Made by a program: the position numbers and the translations under genes
Shown: positions 37,305 through 50,468 of the stretch, piece after piece
Numbering within the stretch: position 1 is the first letter of the stretch
Layout: each line of letters begins with the position of its first letter
Origin: Cirrosporium novae-zelandiae
Taxonomy: Eukaryota
Length of the DNA: 64,000 nucleotides
NCBI GenBank assembly: GCA_026023565.1
Contig: JAPETS010000008.1
Location: forward strand, 124,001 to 188,000
Reading direction: 5' to 3'
The notes under the pieces: model-generated
Seen by the model: only the letters and a program-made list of their open reading frames with translations
What the model was told of the DNA's origin: nothing
Database searches by the model: none

Positions 37305-38050
37305 CTACTTATAGCTCATATCAACCACGCCCATGCAGAAGGTCGTCGTTGTATTCGTGCTTAATATCTCTATTTGCCCGTAATTAAGATGCAACATGTC
37401 TAGCACAAGGGCTTTATATTTATCAAATCCTTCCCGCTTAGAAGCCCACTCGACATCAATGGTAACATCGAAAACCCAATTTCCGGGTTGGTCAAAAGCT
37501 CTATCCATGTAACTTCATGTGTTATTGTCTTGAACCTATTGGTACCACCTTAAGGTCTCGGTAATATAGAAAATCCTCGCAGAGAAGCTGAAAAGATAGC
37601 TGACAAATAGCGAATATAAGTTATAGAAGAGGGGATGCGAAGATAGAATAATATGTAAAGTGCGGATTAAAGATTCTAAGTCGAGATACGGGCGTGAGGA
37701 TTGCCCAGGCATGTCAAGTTCAAACTCATCTTTTTGATTTTTTATACTGTGAAGCAATCTTACTAGTCGTATATATCATGTTTTCTAACAATATATAACC
37801 ATAGGGCCATAGAGGAAGGCATTGGTACAATAAGGGATGGGATTAGCTTCTAAATAAATCTTAGAGCAGGTAGCGAGGGTGTTGGGGTGGAGATGTGTAG
37901 TTAGGAAGTAGAGTGACGTGAATGGTGAGCCCGGAGATGAACTACTAGTATGCCTGGTGGTTAAGTGGTATTGCTTAAGCGGCCCATCTCGTGTTAGGAG
38001 AATAGAGTACGGCATTTCGAATTTCTCCAGATGGGTTAAGAAAGAAAAAA
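37305..38050 (-). pseudogene. Decayed F-box-like (2EXR/DUF7730-type) gene
   Basis: FFLNPSGEIRNA / YSILLTRDGPL spans a frameshift and is followed by LHPNTLATCSKIYLEANPIPYCTNAF. This matches the common fungal 'FLxLPxEIRNxIY...LxTCRxIYxEAxPxLYxxNxF' pattern. Downstream frames are broken. Confidence 0.5.
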
Positions 38051-38858
38051 AGTGAAATGGTGGGATTAATTAATAGCAATGGAAGAAAGGATGAAAATGG
38101 GTTGTAATTGAAAGATAAAGGATGGTGAAAAGGTCGGTATGTGTGTTCTTGAACCAGAGGGGCGGGCACGGTGGGTGAAGCCTAGATTATCTTATTATTT
38201 TTGAAGATTGAAGATTTCTTTGTCTGGAGACTGGAGGAGACTCGTTAATTGTTTCTTTGTGTTGTGTCATAAAGTGGAGAGGAAGAAACTAAACTCATTT
38301 AGTAATTTAAAAACTCAATGTGTCAGGAAAAGATTACACAATACAGTACCGTCGTAAACAGTAAAAAAGAAAAAGGAAGAAAAAACGTTGGAGATAACGG
38401 AGCTCTCGGGGTCAACAAGATGCTCACTCCAGTATCGCGCAGTACAGGCACCCAGTCCTGTACTGTACTTAATACAGCAGACTACAAAGGCCATTCATGT
38501 AGTGGTCTGGAGCTAGCTCCCACATCTCCGATTTCCCATTTCCCTCCCAGTCTCCCCCCAATCTTCATTCTCCTTCATTACACATGCTCCTATTCGACTC
38601 TTAACCATGGGTTGATCTTTTCTATTCATTATAATCACTGTAAGAGCCTCAAACCACATCTCTACAACAATCTACACTTTCAATCGCCTTCAAAACTACA
38701 AACCCCTCCATTTACTGTTTCTCCTCAATTCTCTTGGGCGCAATAGCTCTACAACCCCTCCCACATTGAGTTTCGAACCACCCAAGAGGATTTGACCTCG
38801 ATCTATCCCTTCAAAGCTACTATCGATCAAATAAACCCCAACTGTCACTTTATTCACC

Positions 38859-41000
38859 ATGTCCCCTCGACGATCTTCTCGCGCAAGAACCTCCCAGCCA
38901 CGGCCTAACGCCCCTCAGCACACCAACTCTTCCACCAGTTCTCAGTCATCTGGACGAATCGAGCGAAATACTCGGTCCCATCACAAGCTTGAGTCGCCTC
39001 AAAGGAATTCTGCAACAAGATCACAATCATCTGAAGATGCTGACGACTCGGCAAAAAGTGATCTGCCAGAAACACGCCAAAGGAAGCGCGGCCGAGAAAT
39101 CGAGGAAGAAAATGAAGCCGAATCGCGCACTGAAGATGAGGAGGATAATGCAGAAGCCGACGAAGAGGGTGTCATAAGATGTATCTGTGGTCAAGAAGAA
39201 TATCCAGGTCCTCCAGCTGTTCCAGCTGAGGCCACTAGTCGGCGGAGTCCGAAAGCAGGTGTCAAGGATGAAAAAGACCTTGATAGCACCATGACAGCCT
39301 CAGATGTTCCTAATGCAGAATTGGTTGGAGGATTGTTTATTCAATGCGACAAATGTAACGTTTGGCAACATGGTGGCTGTGTAGGCATCATGACGGAGCC
39401 TGAGGACGATGTTAAATATTACTGCGAAGAGTGCCGAAAGGATTTACACGACATTTCTCAAGGCCCAGACGGGTAAGCAATACTCCTACAATTCGGCAAC
39501 AGGCCCTTCCCAATTTCTGACCACTTTTCTCCCACAGACGATTATCATCGCACTACCTCGGCTTTCAGACAAAGTCTCCTTCCCTCTCTCCAGCACCCGA
39601 CCGTAAAAGCAAGGAATCTGGTCGGCGAAATTCCGCATCAGCAGCCGCTATTAAGCGCCGATCGACATTCAACAGCCGAGAAGCTGCCTACGATGAAGAA
39701 GCTGCCATACAACGTGCAATTGAAGAGAGTAAGGAAGAAAGCAAATTTGGGGCTTCAGAAAATGGCACCAGGAGGGGCAAGAGAGGTCGTGATGAAAGTG
39801 AAGAGTATGTCGCCTACTCTTCTCCACCCCAACTCTTCCCTAACCATCGCTAACAATTATCCTCTTCGCCTAGGAACAAGCAACAAACAAAACGGCTCCG
39901 CACTAATTCTTCCACGCCCTCCTCATCCACTCACTCACATCCTGCCGACACTGAATCGGAGGACGAAATGTCGGCTACGCTATCTAACACCACAAAACAG
40001 ACTAATGGATCATCCAAGAAAGCCGCTCGAGGTGCCGCTGCACGTAGTCAACGCGAAAAAGAGTTAAGAGAAAAGGAAGCAGAGAAAGAGAAAGAGAGAG
40101 CAGAAGCAGCGGGTAGGAGAAAGGGGAGAGCTGATAGAAGGAGAGGTGGCGATAGTAAGCTTGACACACCTACCTATTCTCGTCTACGCTGGGAGCTCGA
40201 AATTAATATAGCGTCCTTCTGCAGCTGAATCAACCTCTTCCTCGGAACCGCCACCTCCACCTACGGTCACAGATGCCAACAGCGGATCCTCAGATGATCC
40301 CACGCCCGTGGCCCCCATTACCACTGCCCCTCAGACTGAATCTACCACCTCTTCCACCCCCCTTGACACCACACCGATCGCACCCACACCCACGCCTGGA
40401 GGTAATACAGCCCCACAACCCACTACCGAAGCAACAGCACCTCCTCCTACTACAACCACAAATCACCGTAAAGGTGCCTCTAATACGACCCGTCCCCCCC
40501 GTGCCCGCCGAACGGGCCGTAATCAATACACACGAGCAACGACCCAGCCACGGGACTCACCTTCACTCCCTCCCTCCTCCGCTCCCTCACCTACCCCCCA
40601 GCCACCAGGCACACCAGTCCTAGCCCCGGAATCGAACACAAATAACTCCCACGCCTCCAATCTCCCACCTAGTGGTCGAGGCCATGGCAATGGCCGTGGA
40701 CGTGGTCACGGAAACCACAATCACGGGCACTCCAAGGTCTCCATGAACGAGATGAAAAAGCGAGCGCAAGCCATGTTCGATTTCCTCACACACACACAAG
40801 TCGAGATGGCCGGTGGGGGTGAAACCCTCTCTTTGGTTTCAGGAAGCTTGAGCGGTTCCAGCGGAAGCAGTGGAGGCGCAACACCCGATGCAGAAACCCG
40901 AGAGAAGAAGAAATATGAGGAAATGGATATGGGAGAGATGATGGATGAGTTGGCAAGAGAGCTAAGACACTGGCAGGAAGAGTTTTCAGATTTGAGGTGA
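38859..41000 (+). CDS. CTI6: PHD-finger protein, Rpd3L histone deacetylase complex subunit Cti6-like; 4 exons: 38859-39472, 39538-39804, 39874-40154, 40225-41000
   Basis: MSPRRSSRART start; split PHD IRCICG...FIQCDKCNVWQHGGCVGI...YYCEECRKDLH; KRRSTFNSREAAYDEEAAIQRAIEESK; GRNQYT; C-terminal SMNEMKKRAQAMFDFLTHTQVEMA...MMDELARELRHWQEEF. All three introns are GT-AG and keep frame. Confidence 0.85.
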
Positions 41001-42014
41001 CGATGATGATAATGATGGATATAAATATTCGATTCGCTTATTATGTCCCCTCCCCTTCTAAAAGAAGAGGAAGAAGAAGGAAGAACCTCAACGACAGGAA
41101 AGAAAGAGAAGAAATATCTGAAATTCAAACAGGAGGGTACCAGGCCTAGGCTAGCCTGGCTGGCTACCTAACTCATTTTGCGACACGGCACGGTACGGGC
41201 ACGATGAACGACCGATGACGAAAGAAGTTTTTTTTGTTATAAAAAGAGATACCCGGATCTACTGGATGGTGCGGGCTGGCTTGGCTCTTGGGATGGGATT
41301 GGGGACTAGGGCTGGACACAACAACAACAATAACAACAACAAATGGGTACAGGAACTAGGAAGAGATGGACAAAGGGAGAGGGGTTCATTCATTCATTGT
41401 TTTTTTTAAATCTTGGGTTGTGACACAAAAACGCACACAGACATTACACGTTACCCGGACAACTTTATTTATCAGCAAAGAAAGAATCTCTTTTTGATTT
41501 TGCCTGATATCTTTCTAAACTCCATATGCGTGAGCCATGACTTGTCGGTCTGGTTTGATCTTGTTTGGTCTGATCCGGTCCTTGGGAAAGAAAAATTAGG
41601 TGTATCTATTTCATTTTCGGATTTGGTTTGCATACATATTTGCATATATAATCGGAGCTTAAGTAACTTACTACTACTAAGTACTTCTTGGCATCACTTG
41701 AATCGTGTCGGAAAATAAAATAATGAGGATTTTGTACTCTTGAGGTATAACTATGCTATTATTGACTTCTTTTTCTTCTTCTTTTGCTGACTAGGATTAT
41801 ATGTAGGTGAACTACATATGTATTTATAGAGAGATTGAGGAGAGGAGAGAAATAGAGTCGGGGACGAAGATAGCTTAATCATACTTTCTAGAAAAAAAAA
41901 ATTGTTAGTTATGGAGAATCTAGAATTAGTAATAAAGCAATTCCGCTCGCTCGATGGATCGCTGTTGGTTTAATATGTTTCTGATTGTTTCCCCCACCAT
42001 ATAAAGCCAGCCGG

Positions 42015-42100
42015 TCAATCAATCAGTCAATCAATCAATCAATCAATCAATCAGTCAGTCAGTCAGTCAGTCAGTCAGTCAGTCAGTTCCATCCATCCAT
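42015..42100 (+). repeat. Compound tetranucleotide microsatellite (TCAA)n(TCAG)n(TCCA)n
   Basis: Read directly; lies about 115 bp beyond the myosin stop codon. Confidence 0.95.
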
Positions 42101-42213
42101 CGTCTCTAAGTAATACCCCTTCCATTGCCCACCAGAAGCATTCATTCGCCAGTCTTTAAAAAGACCAAAACCCAAAAACCAATTCGTTAATCCATCAAAC
42201 TAAGGTATCTTTC

Positions 42214-45200
42214 CTACAGAAAGCCCTTGGTATTACTTTCCATCCGATTCAGACCCTCCATGTTACCCCTGCTCCGCCCACTCGATACGCGGTTCTCACT
42301 TCTGACACTTAACCCACTAACTCTTCTTCCACCTTCGCCGAAATCGCTTAGTGCGGTACCTAAAAAGGGCCCTCTTACTTTGCCATCAGCGTTTCTCTCC
42401 AGCCGTAGCGCTTTCCACCCTTCAAGCTCTCTCTCTAATCTTAATTTTTGTTCTCGTTCTTCTCGGAGTTCGCGCTCGGCACGACGTTGGAGGAGTTCTT
42501 TCTCGCTTTGTTCGGATTGTAGGGCCTCAACTTCTTCTAGCAGAGAGGATATCTTGTCGCGAGACTTGTTGAGGGTTTCTTCAAGTGTAGCGTTTTGTTT
42601 CTCGCGGCGGTCGATCTGGGATTGAAGGTCTCGAACGGTGCGGTCAACATTGCGGACGCTGCGAAGAGATTTCGCTTGTGTGTTTTCTTTTTCTTCGAGG
42701 GCTTTTTCGAGCTATTTAGTTGTTTGTTTAGTAATTGCTAATTAGAATTCGGATTGATAGGTTGCTTACCTCACGGATTCTTCCGTTTAGGAACCTTACA
42801 TCCCTGCTACCGCCATCAAAGCTTTTCGTCTCCAGATCGACGCACTTTAGTTGTAGATCCTTCAGGCCCTTCTCTAACGCGGCCTTTTCTTTGTGTAACT
42901 GTACATTCGTCTCACGCTCTGCAACAACATCTTTCTGCATTTCGGTTGCCAAGGCTTCAGCTCTGCGCATCTTTCCAACCGCAGCTGCAGCAATGTCTTC
43001 TTGTTGCGCCAAGCTGGCCTTAAGGTGAAGCATTTCACGGTCCATACCAGCTGCATTGCGCATAGCGGGACTTTCTCCCTTGGCCAAATCTTCTAAGCGC
43101 TCACCGGCTTCGGTGAGACGAGCCTCGAGACCACGCTTTTCCTTTTGTAACATATCGTGTTCAGCATTGAGATCATCGATGGACGTGCGGAGGTTCCGGA
43201 CTTGAGAGAGAAGCGAAACAATTTTGCCCTGAGCTTCATTGTGTGCGTTGACGGCTTCGTCACGAGAGTTGGAGAGGTCTTGTAGAGTAAGGTCAAGGCG
43301 AGACTTTTCTTTCGCCCAGGTTGAACTGTTAAGGACCTCGTCATCCCATTTGGAGCGGAGCTCTTCGAGTTCTTCTCGTAATCTTGTGTTCTCTTGTCTT
43401 GAATGGAGGACATTTTCCCGTTCAAGCTCAAGCTCGTTATTCAGAAGAGATAGCTCGCTCTGATATTTCTTCCTTGTCTGTTCCATGGAAGTTTCCTTAT
43501 CCTCAATGTCCATGGCTCGTTCGCTGCGATAGTCTTCGAGTTCGTGTTGAAGACGTTTCTTGGCTTGCAATGCAGCATCAAGGTCAGCACTAAGATCCTC
43601 AATCTTTTCTTCATGAGACTGGACCTGCCGCTGGAGATCCTCCACATGATCATCCATTGCCTTTCGCTCGGCCATAATTGTAGCGCAGGTATCTTCGGCT
43701 TCTTTCGCTTGGGTCTTAGCGAACTGCTCGGCTCGCGTAGCCTTCAAAACAGCGATCTCCGCTTGTTCAAGCTTGCTGAAGTATTCATCGGCTCGGGCTT
43801 TATAAAGGTTGAGGCTGGAAGTGACATCCGTGACCTTCGAAGTTTCTGCATCGAGACGGATCTGCAGGTCAGAAAATTCCTGGAGAAGCTGGCTCCTGCT
43901 AGCAGCATCCTGATCTCTAGCATACTGTAATTCTTGAAGCTCTGATCGTGTGTCACGAAGTTCGACTTCTGCTGTAGCTTTGCCTCGAGCAATCTTGTCG
44001 AAGTTAGTCTTGGCCTCAGTTAATTCGGCAACAGTACTGTTATGAACTTGAAGGAGCGACTTTCGAGACTGTTCCTGGGAGTTGATGAGGTCGTAAAGCT
44101 CTTCGTGCGATTTCGCTTGAATATCGCGGAAGGAAAGTTCCCCAGCCTGGATACTTCTTTCCAAGGCAGAAACCTTCTTAGCAGAATCATCAAGCCTGTC
44201 ATGGAGTCTATTATTCTCTTTCTCCAACTTAGCTACTCGTCGAACAGAAGGACTATCATCTTGGAAGACATCACCACCTCTGACAGGTGATGTTTGGCCA
44301 AGCTGTTTTTGAAGGTGGCGATTCTGCATTTCACTCATCTGCAGCTGATTTCGCACCATTTCCAACTCACCAGCGAGGTCCATTCTCTTGTGGTAGGTGA
44401 TAGTATCGACTGTTCGGTCGGAGCGACCGGAATCTGGAGCATTATTGCTGTCCATGTAACGTCCTCGAGTAGGAGTAGAAACGTTGGAATAGAATTTCTT
44501 CATATCTGAATCCTTACGAGCGTGTTTGGGAGGACTAGCAACACTCTGATCGATCTCCTCTAAAAGAGTTTTCTTTGCGGTCGAATAGCGCTGGTCTAGT
44601 TCGGCAAGCTCGTCCCCATGACGTTGTCGAAGTTCATCTAGTTGAGCTTGAGCGCGAGCATACCTTTCTTCGATGACACGATAAGCTTCAACCGAAGCCT
44701 CAAGTTGGCGTGCGAGATCAACCTTCTTTGACAGATCCGGCTTAAGGTCTTCCCATTTCTGGTCTGGAACAACAACTACATCAGGGTCAAACGCTTTGTG
44801 AAGAAGCATAAGTTGGGTATGACAATCCTCAATTTCTTTGTTGGAGTTGTCAAGAGATTCCTGGAGCTTCCGGGTGTTGGCCTGTGCTTGCGTCTTTAAT
44901 TGTCTCTCTGTATCAAGATTCCTGTTTGCTTCTGCAAGCTGGATCCCGGCAGCGGATGAAGCTTTCTCGGCACTACGACTTGTTTTGCGCTCACGAGCCA
45001 GCTCGTGGTTAAGGTCTTCGACATTCAAGGCTAGTTTCTCCTTCTGTTTCTCTAAGGATGTAATTGATAATTGTGCATCACCAAATTGACGAGCTAATTT
45101 CTTGTTTTCATTCTCGAGCTTGGTCTTTTCCGTTTGAAGCTGGGAAACACGAGCACGTTGTGCTTCGCCGACCCTAGAATTTGATCTAGCAATGTCAAGA

Positions 45201-48200
45201 TTCTTCTGCTGAATTTTGTTGAGCAAAGCACGGTTATCATTCTCGGATGCCGTCAATCGGCCCTTGATAGTCACAAGTTCCCTTTCTAGTCGTTCCTTGT
45301 GTTGATCATGGTGCATGCGGAAGGCATCAGAATCTGCTATAAGTCTTGAAAGGTGTTGCACCTCACTAGACAATCGACTTCGCTCCGCATCAGCCTCTTC
45401 GAGCATCTGAGTCTTGGCGTCAAGATCTTTCTTCATGCTGGCTTGGCGTTCATTAGCTTGCCTCGAAACATTTCGTTCAATAGCAGCCTCTGCTTCCTGA
45501 CGAGCGCTCTCAACTTTCAAAAATCTCTCTCGTAACTTTTTCAGTTCGGCTTGGAGGGCCTTTCGACCATTCTCGGCGGCTGTACGGGCCTCTGTAGATC
45601 GCCTTAGGGTGTCCTGTTGGATATACATTTCCTTTTCGATCGTAATCTTGGATTCATTGAGTACATCATATTCATTCCTAAGCTCTGATAGTTGGTGCTC
45701 GCTAAGGAGCCTGATATCATCCCTAGATTGCCTTTCGCGGCTTAGGTCGGCTTGAACTTCGAAGAGTTGGTCTTTGAGATCCTTAATCTGGTCATCAAGC
45801 ATCCTCCGCGATTCTATGGATTGAGCATCCTCTGAGACCTTTGCTTCGAGAAGAGCTTTGGTATCGGCTGCTTCCTTCTCCAATTGAGACTTTTGCGATT
45901 TCATTGCATCCATATTCGCTTGGACTTCTCGTAGACGCTGCTGTGCGTCATTCAGTTTTGTTGTTAATATAGTCTTTTCACTGTCATAACTGGATTTTTC
46001 AGATTCATGTTTCTTTAGGTCGTTTCGAAGAACAGCTAACTCGCTGTCCTTGCGTCGGACAATATCCTCATAGCCTGTCGAAGTCGCTGAAAGCTCGGAT
46101 ATCTGTTGGCGGATTTGTCGATTTTCGTCCAGAAGATCCTTCACTTGTTTCTTCGAGACATTGAGATCCTTTGTGGTATTCGCAAGCTTCAAGTCTAGAT
46201 CTTGATCGGATTTCAGTAATTTAGCCTCTAGATCTTGGAGTTTCCTGTCTTTGAGTGCCAAATGACTGTTCAGCATCTTAACTTCTTTACTCAAAGATTC
46301 CAGCTTCTCGGTACGTTCGGATTGCTCCTTTTCAACCTTTTCAAGTTGTTCATCCAAGGTGTCAAGCTTTTCTAGCAGATCCATCTTCTCCTCTTCTAAT
46401 TTCGTAATTATCAAGCCGGCCTGCTCTAGTTGACTCCGGCGTTGTTCAAGCTCTTCCTCTGCCTTTTTCTTGGCTTCAAGAATCTCGTCAAGTTGATCCT
46501 CGAGATGCTCTTGATCTGAAATCGCTTGTGCTAACGATTCACTCAATTCAGATTCCCTAGCTTGAAGCCGTTTAAAGATCTCCTCTTTATCTAGAGCTAA
46601 TGCGCGTTCGCTTTCTAGCTTTTGTTGAATTTTCTGGACCTCGGCATCTGCCCTTCTCCTGTCTTCTTCCAATTTCTGGCGGTTCGCAGTTTCTTGTTGC
46701 ATCTTAGTTTCAAGCTGATGGATCATCTCATCTCGTTTCTTTACCTCCCCTGCAGTCCGAGTAGCACCGAGTAAAGGCTTCATTCGGGCATATAGTTGCC
46801 ACCAAGGACTCTGGCATAGATCAAGATATACCTGGAAGTTCTTTTGGATAATTCTTGTTGCTTCCGCCCGGTATAGTAACTTGTTGGCCAATCTTCGTCT
46901 GATAAATCCTCTGGCGACTGACTGAAACCGACACATGACATCCCGAATCAGAGCATCGCGCTGTTCTTCTAACTCTGCCAGGACACCAGCACGGAAAAAT
47001 ACTTTGGTCAGGCCAACCCTGTACACGGATTTATCAAGAGCCAGCTTTTCAAGGATAATCTGAGCGGCAGTCTGACCTTCGAGGTAACCCTTTGGCATGG
47101 ATTTGCACAAGACTTCATATCGTGCACGGAACTCTGCGAATGGCAACCGATTAGGAAATCCAGTCCTAGCTATTCGAATGCCCTCTAGGACACCATTGCA
47201 GCGAAGTTGATCGAGAACAAGAAGAGCACTAAATTGTTTCGGCTTCTTCTTGTGATTGGGAAGAATACATCGAACAAAATGAGGGTGCGTGGAATGCAAT
47301 TGATTCATCAAGCTAGCCAATTGTTCCTTGTGCCTCTGTGCGACAGTTCTGAAGAGACCCTTTTTTACTCTGCTGCGGGTTGCTCCAAAACCCTCATCCA
47401 CATCGGCACAATCTGTGAAGAGGTTTGAAACGTTCTTGTCATTTGAATGGGCTAGGAGACGTGTCACGTTATCATTCAATGGATCCTTATTTTTCTCTAA
47501 CCAGCCTCCAGTAGAATATTCCACCTCGGCGGCATAGTGAGTCAGAATAAATCCTTGACTTAGCCTAGACGCACGATACTTTTGGGATTTGCGGTCCCAA
47601 AGGGAATGTAGTTTCTCTGTAAATGATTTGTCTGTTGCCCTAGGCATGACGGAGTCTTCATCCAGACAGGAAAAGATACCGATGGGGTTGGGTAACTCGA
47701 TCAAATCAATTGTGGGCTGGAGGTCCTTGCCAAAGTCTATGAATTGCCATTCAATTTGTTCTCTAGCATACTCCTCCTGTTCTAACACGAACATATGGTG
47801 ATTGAAGAATTGCTGGAGCTTCTCGTTGGTATAATTAATGCACAATTGCTCAAAGCTGTTGTGTTCAAATATTTCGAACCCAGCAATATCAAGAACACCT
47901 ATGAAGTGGCTGTCGTCAAGGCCCATCCCAGTCCGATCAAGCTGTTGGTTTATTCTTGTCACAAGGTCGCCAAATGCTCGCTCATAGATGCCCTTAGCAA
48001 GAGCATCGATCCCTAACCGGACTTGTTCCGGTGTCTGGGTTTTCTCGACAAACTCCCTCCCAGCCTTGACACGCGGATGAAGTAGCCCTGCGATGAAAGG
48101 GTCAGGTGGTATTCCCAGGAGATGGCATACTCTATCCACCTGCTCAATTGCGTCCGGTGTCAAAGCCGCCTGGTCAGCGCGATAACTCTCCTTCATTACG

Positions 48201-49652
48201 GTTATATTTCCCAAGTGAAGAACGGCAGCCATAGTTTTGAAGATCGAGGTTTGATCCTTCCCAGAAAAGTTCATAATATGAAATGCTTCCAACAGCGAAT
48301 TCCATTCATCTTGATCTGAAACCCCTGTGATAGAATCATTACCACCTTTCGTGTACTCAAAATCGTCGATGTCCATGCCATGGAGAAAGAATTGCTCTTT
48401 CAGTTGTTGGTCGGCTCCTCTGAGAAGCTGATAAAAGATATGATAGTTCCGTTCATGAGCATTTAACCTAACAACTCTCGATTTTTCTAACAAGTACCAG
48501 TCAATATAGGCACCTGCAATTTGGCCAGTTCTAGTAAACTCGATTCTTATGAATTTGCCGAAACGCGACGAGTTGTTATTTCTAACGGTTTGGGCATTTC
48601 CGAAGGCTTCTAGTATAGGATTCGCTCTAAGAATTTGTTGAGAAAGGTTCGAAAGTTGTCTTGCTCCTGATCGACCGGTTGGAGAATCCGTAGCGACTGC
48701 GGCAAGGTACTGGATAACTTTCTTGGTATTTTCGGTCTTTCCGGCTCCTGACTCTCCAGTGACAAGAATACTCTGGTTCTGCCCTTCATCCACAAGGTTC
48801 CTAAAGGCCTCATCGGCCATAGCAAAAATATGTGGTTTTGTGTCCTCTCGACTCCGGCCCTTGTACATTTTGATGTATTCATTGCTGTATATTGGTAATG
48901 GACAATATGGATTTACGGTGACCAAAAACAAGCCGGAGTATGTCTAGATGGGTAGTTAGGATTCTTCAGCTCTCTCCAATCGGGACTGTAAGGAGCTTTA
49001 CATAAATTAAGTCTGTCTGATATCTCATATGCAAATTGTGTACCACCGATGCCTCATTAAGGTGTGTTAGTTCTGCCATATCGTTCGCCTTATCGAACTT
49101 CCCAGGATTGACCTTGTCAACGCTATCGGCGTCAACCTCACGTTGCTAAAGGACTCGAGTTAGTATCTAAAAGCAAAAAAATAGTTTGATTCTTACGGTG
49201 CCATCATCACATTGGACCAGCAGTCTCCCACCATCAAGCTCTTCTACAACCCATCCACGAACGAAAGCCTTCTCTTTATCTCGCACCCATACATATCTCT
49301 TTCCCGAAAAGTCGTTTTCCCCTTCAATTCCTTTTATACTCTCTGCGCTGTTGCGCACCTCCTCCGATTTAATGAACTGCGGAGCAAAGGTATTTGAGCC
49401 TTGAGCACTTCGTTGTGATGTAGATCTACTTCTCTGGTGTGTTGATCCTAAGACCGGACCTAGGTGAGAGAAGGATTGTGTACGCGAGTGACTAGATAGT
49501 TCGCCATTGCTGAGAGCTACAGGCGCCGTAAATATCGCGGATTGAGGTCGTTTGGATATAGTCCGAGGTGCCGGTGAAGGGGAAGGCGAAGCAGACTGGC
49601 GATGAAAGGGATTATTTCGTATGGAGCCCCCATGGAAAGTTGGGGCAGTCAT
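42214..49652 (-). CDS. MYO1: Type II myosin heavy chain; 4 exons: 49197-49652, 49002-49145, 42770-48943, 42214-42711
   Basis: SH3-like N-term (KRYVWV), [18 protein letters not shown]-loop [38 protein letters not shown] region and a very long coiled-coil tail ending SNTKGFL*. The symbol follows S. cerevisiae MYO1 (myoB/myo2 in other fungi). Confidence 0.97.
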
Positions 49653-50468
49653 GCTGGATTGGTCTTTATAAATCGCGGGCAAACATTCAGTGACGTCGAG
49701 GGGAAACTAGAGGGTGGGGGAAATCAAAAGAAAAAGCAATTAACAGAAAAGACGCAAAACATCACGGAGTAGATATCGTATCGGTTCCTTTAGAGACCTT
49801 CAATATAGCAGTAGAAGGGGAATTGATGGTCTTTTAGAATCGTTGGTGGCAGCTCGTTGTTGTGTCAATAAAGCTAAACTACTTTGGGAAACCCTGTACG
49901 AAAAGGCGAGGTTCTTTTGATCACTTGAAATGTCGCGGCCTCAGGTGCTACGGTCCCTTATCCAGCCGTGCCAGGCTTACCAGTTTTGGTAATCTTACAT
50001 AATAGCGTACACCTAAAATCGAGACTCGCATTCTGGGGAGGCAATTTGGAGATTTCATCCAGCTGTAGCTTCCATCTCTTCTGCCTTCATCTAATTAATT
50101 ATATTCTTGTTTTCGGTCGCATTCTTGCAGTATCATCCATGTTTAATGCTTACTGGTGCCTGTGATATTCTTCACGCTTCTATCCTTTCAAATAGTTTGA
50201 GACTGAACTCGGTCGAGCAGTGCAGTGTTTAAGGTCTAACTGGCTTCGATAATGCATGGTCAACACGCGCTGCATCAAAAATTCGAACAGTGTGGATATT
50301 GTAGACAACAAGTGGACTATTTATCACTCTGATCTTATCATTACATTTCCCCGAATGACTCTTTGCTACTACAGCTCCTTCTAAAGCTGACTATATTTCA
50401 TCTGCAATTGTCGCCAATTACCATTACCCTTCAGCAGGTAATCATTGAGTGAAACGAAGGACAGAACC

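Noticed and set aside
13300..38300. Intact Starship giant transposon
   Set aside because: No tyrosine-recombinase captain ORF and no recognisable terminal repeats.
42227..49404. Many + strand and alternate-frame ORFs overlapping myosin (likewise within ERG1, ISY1, MYND and the HEXXH gene)
   Set aside because: Antisense or shadow ORFs produced by codon bias of the real genes.
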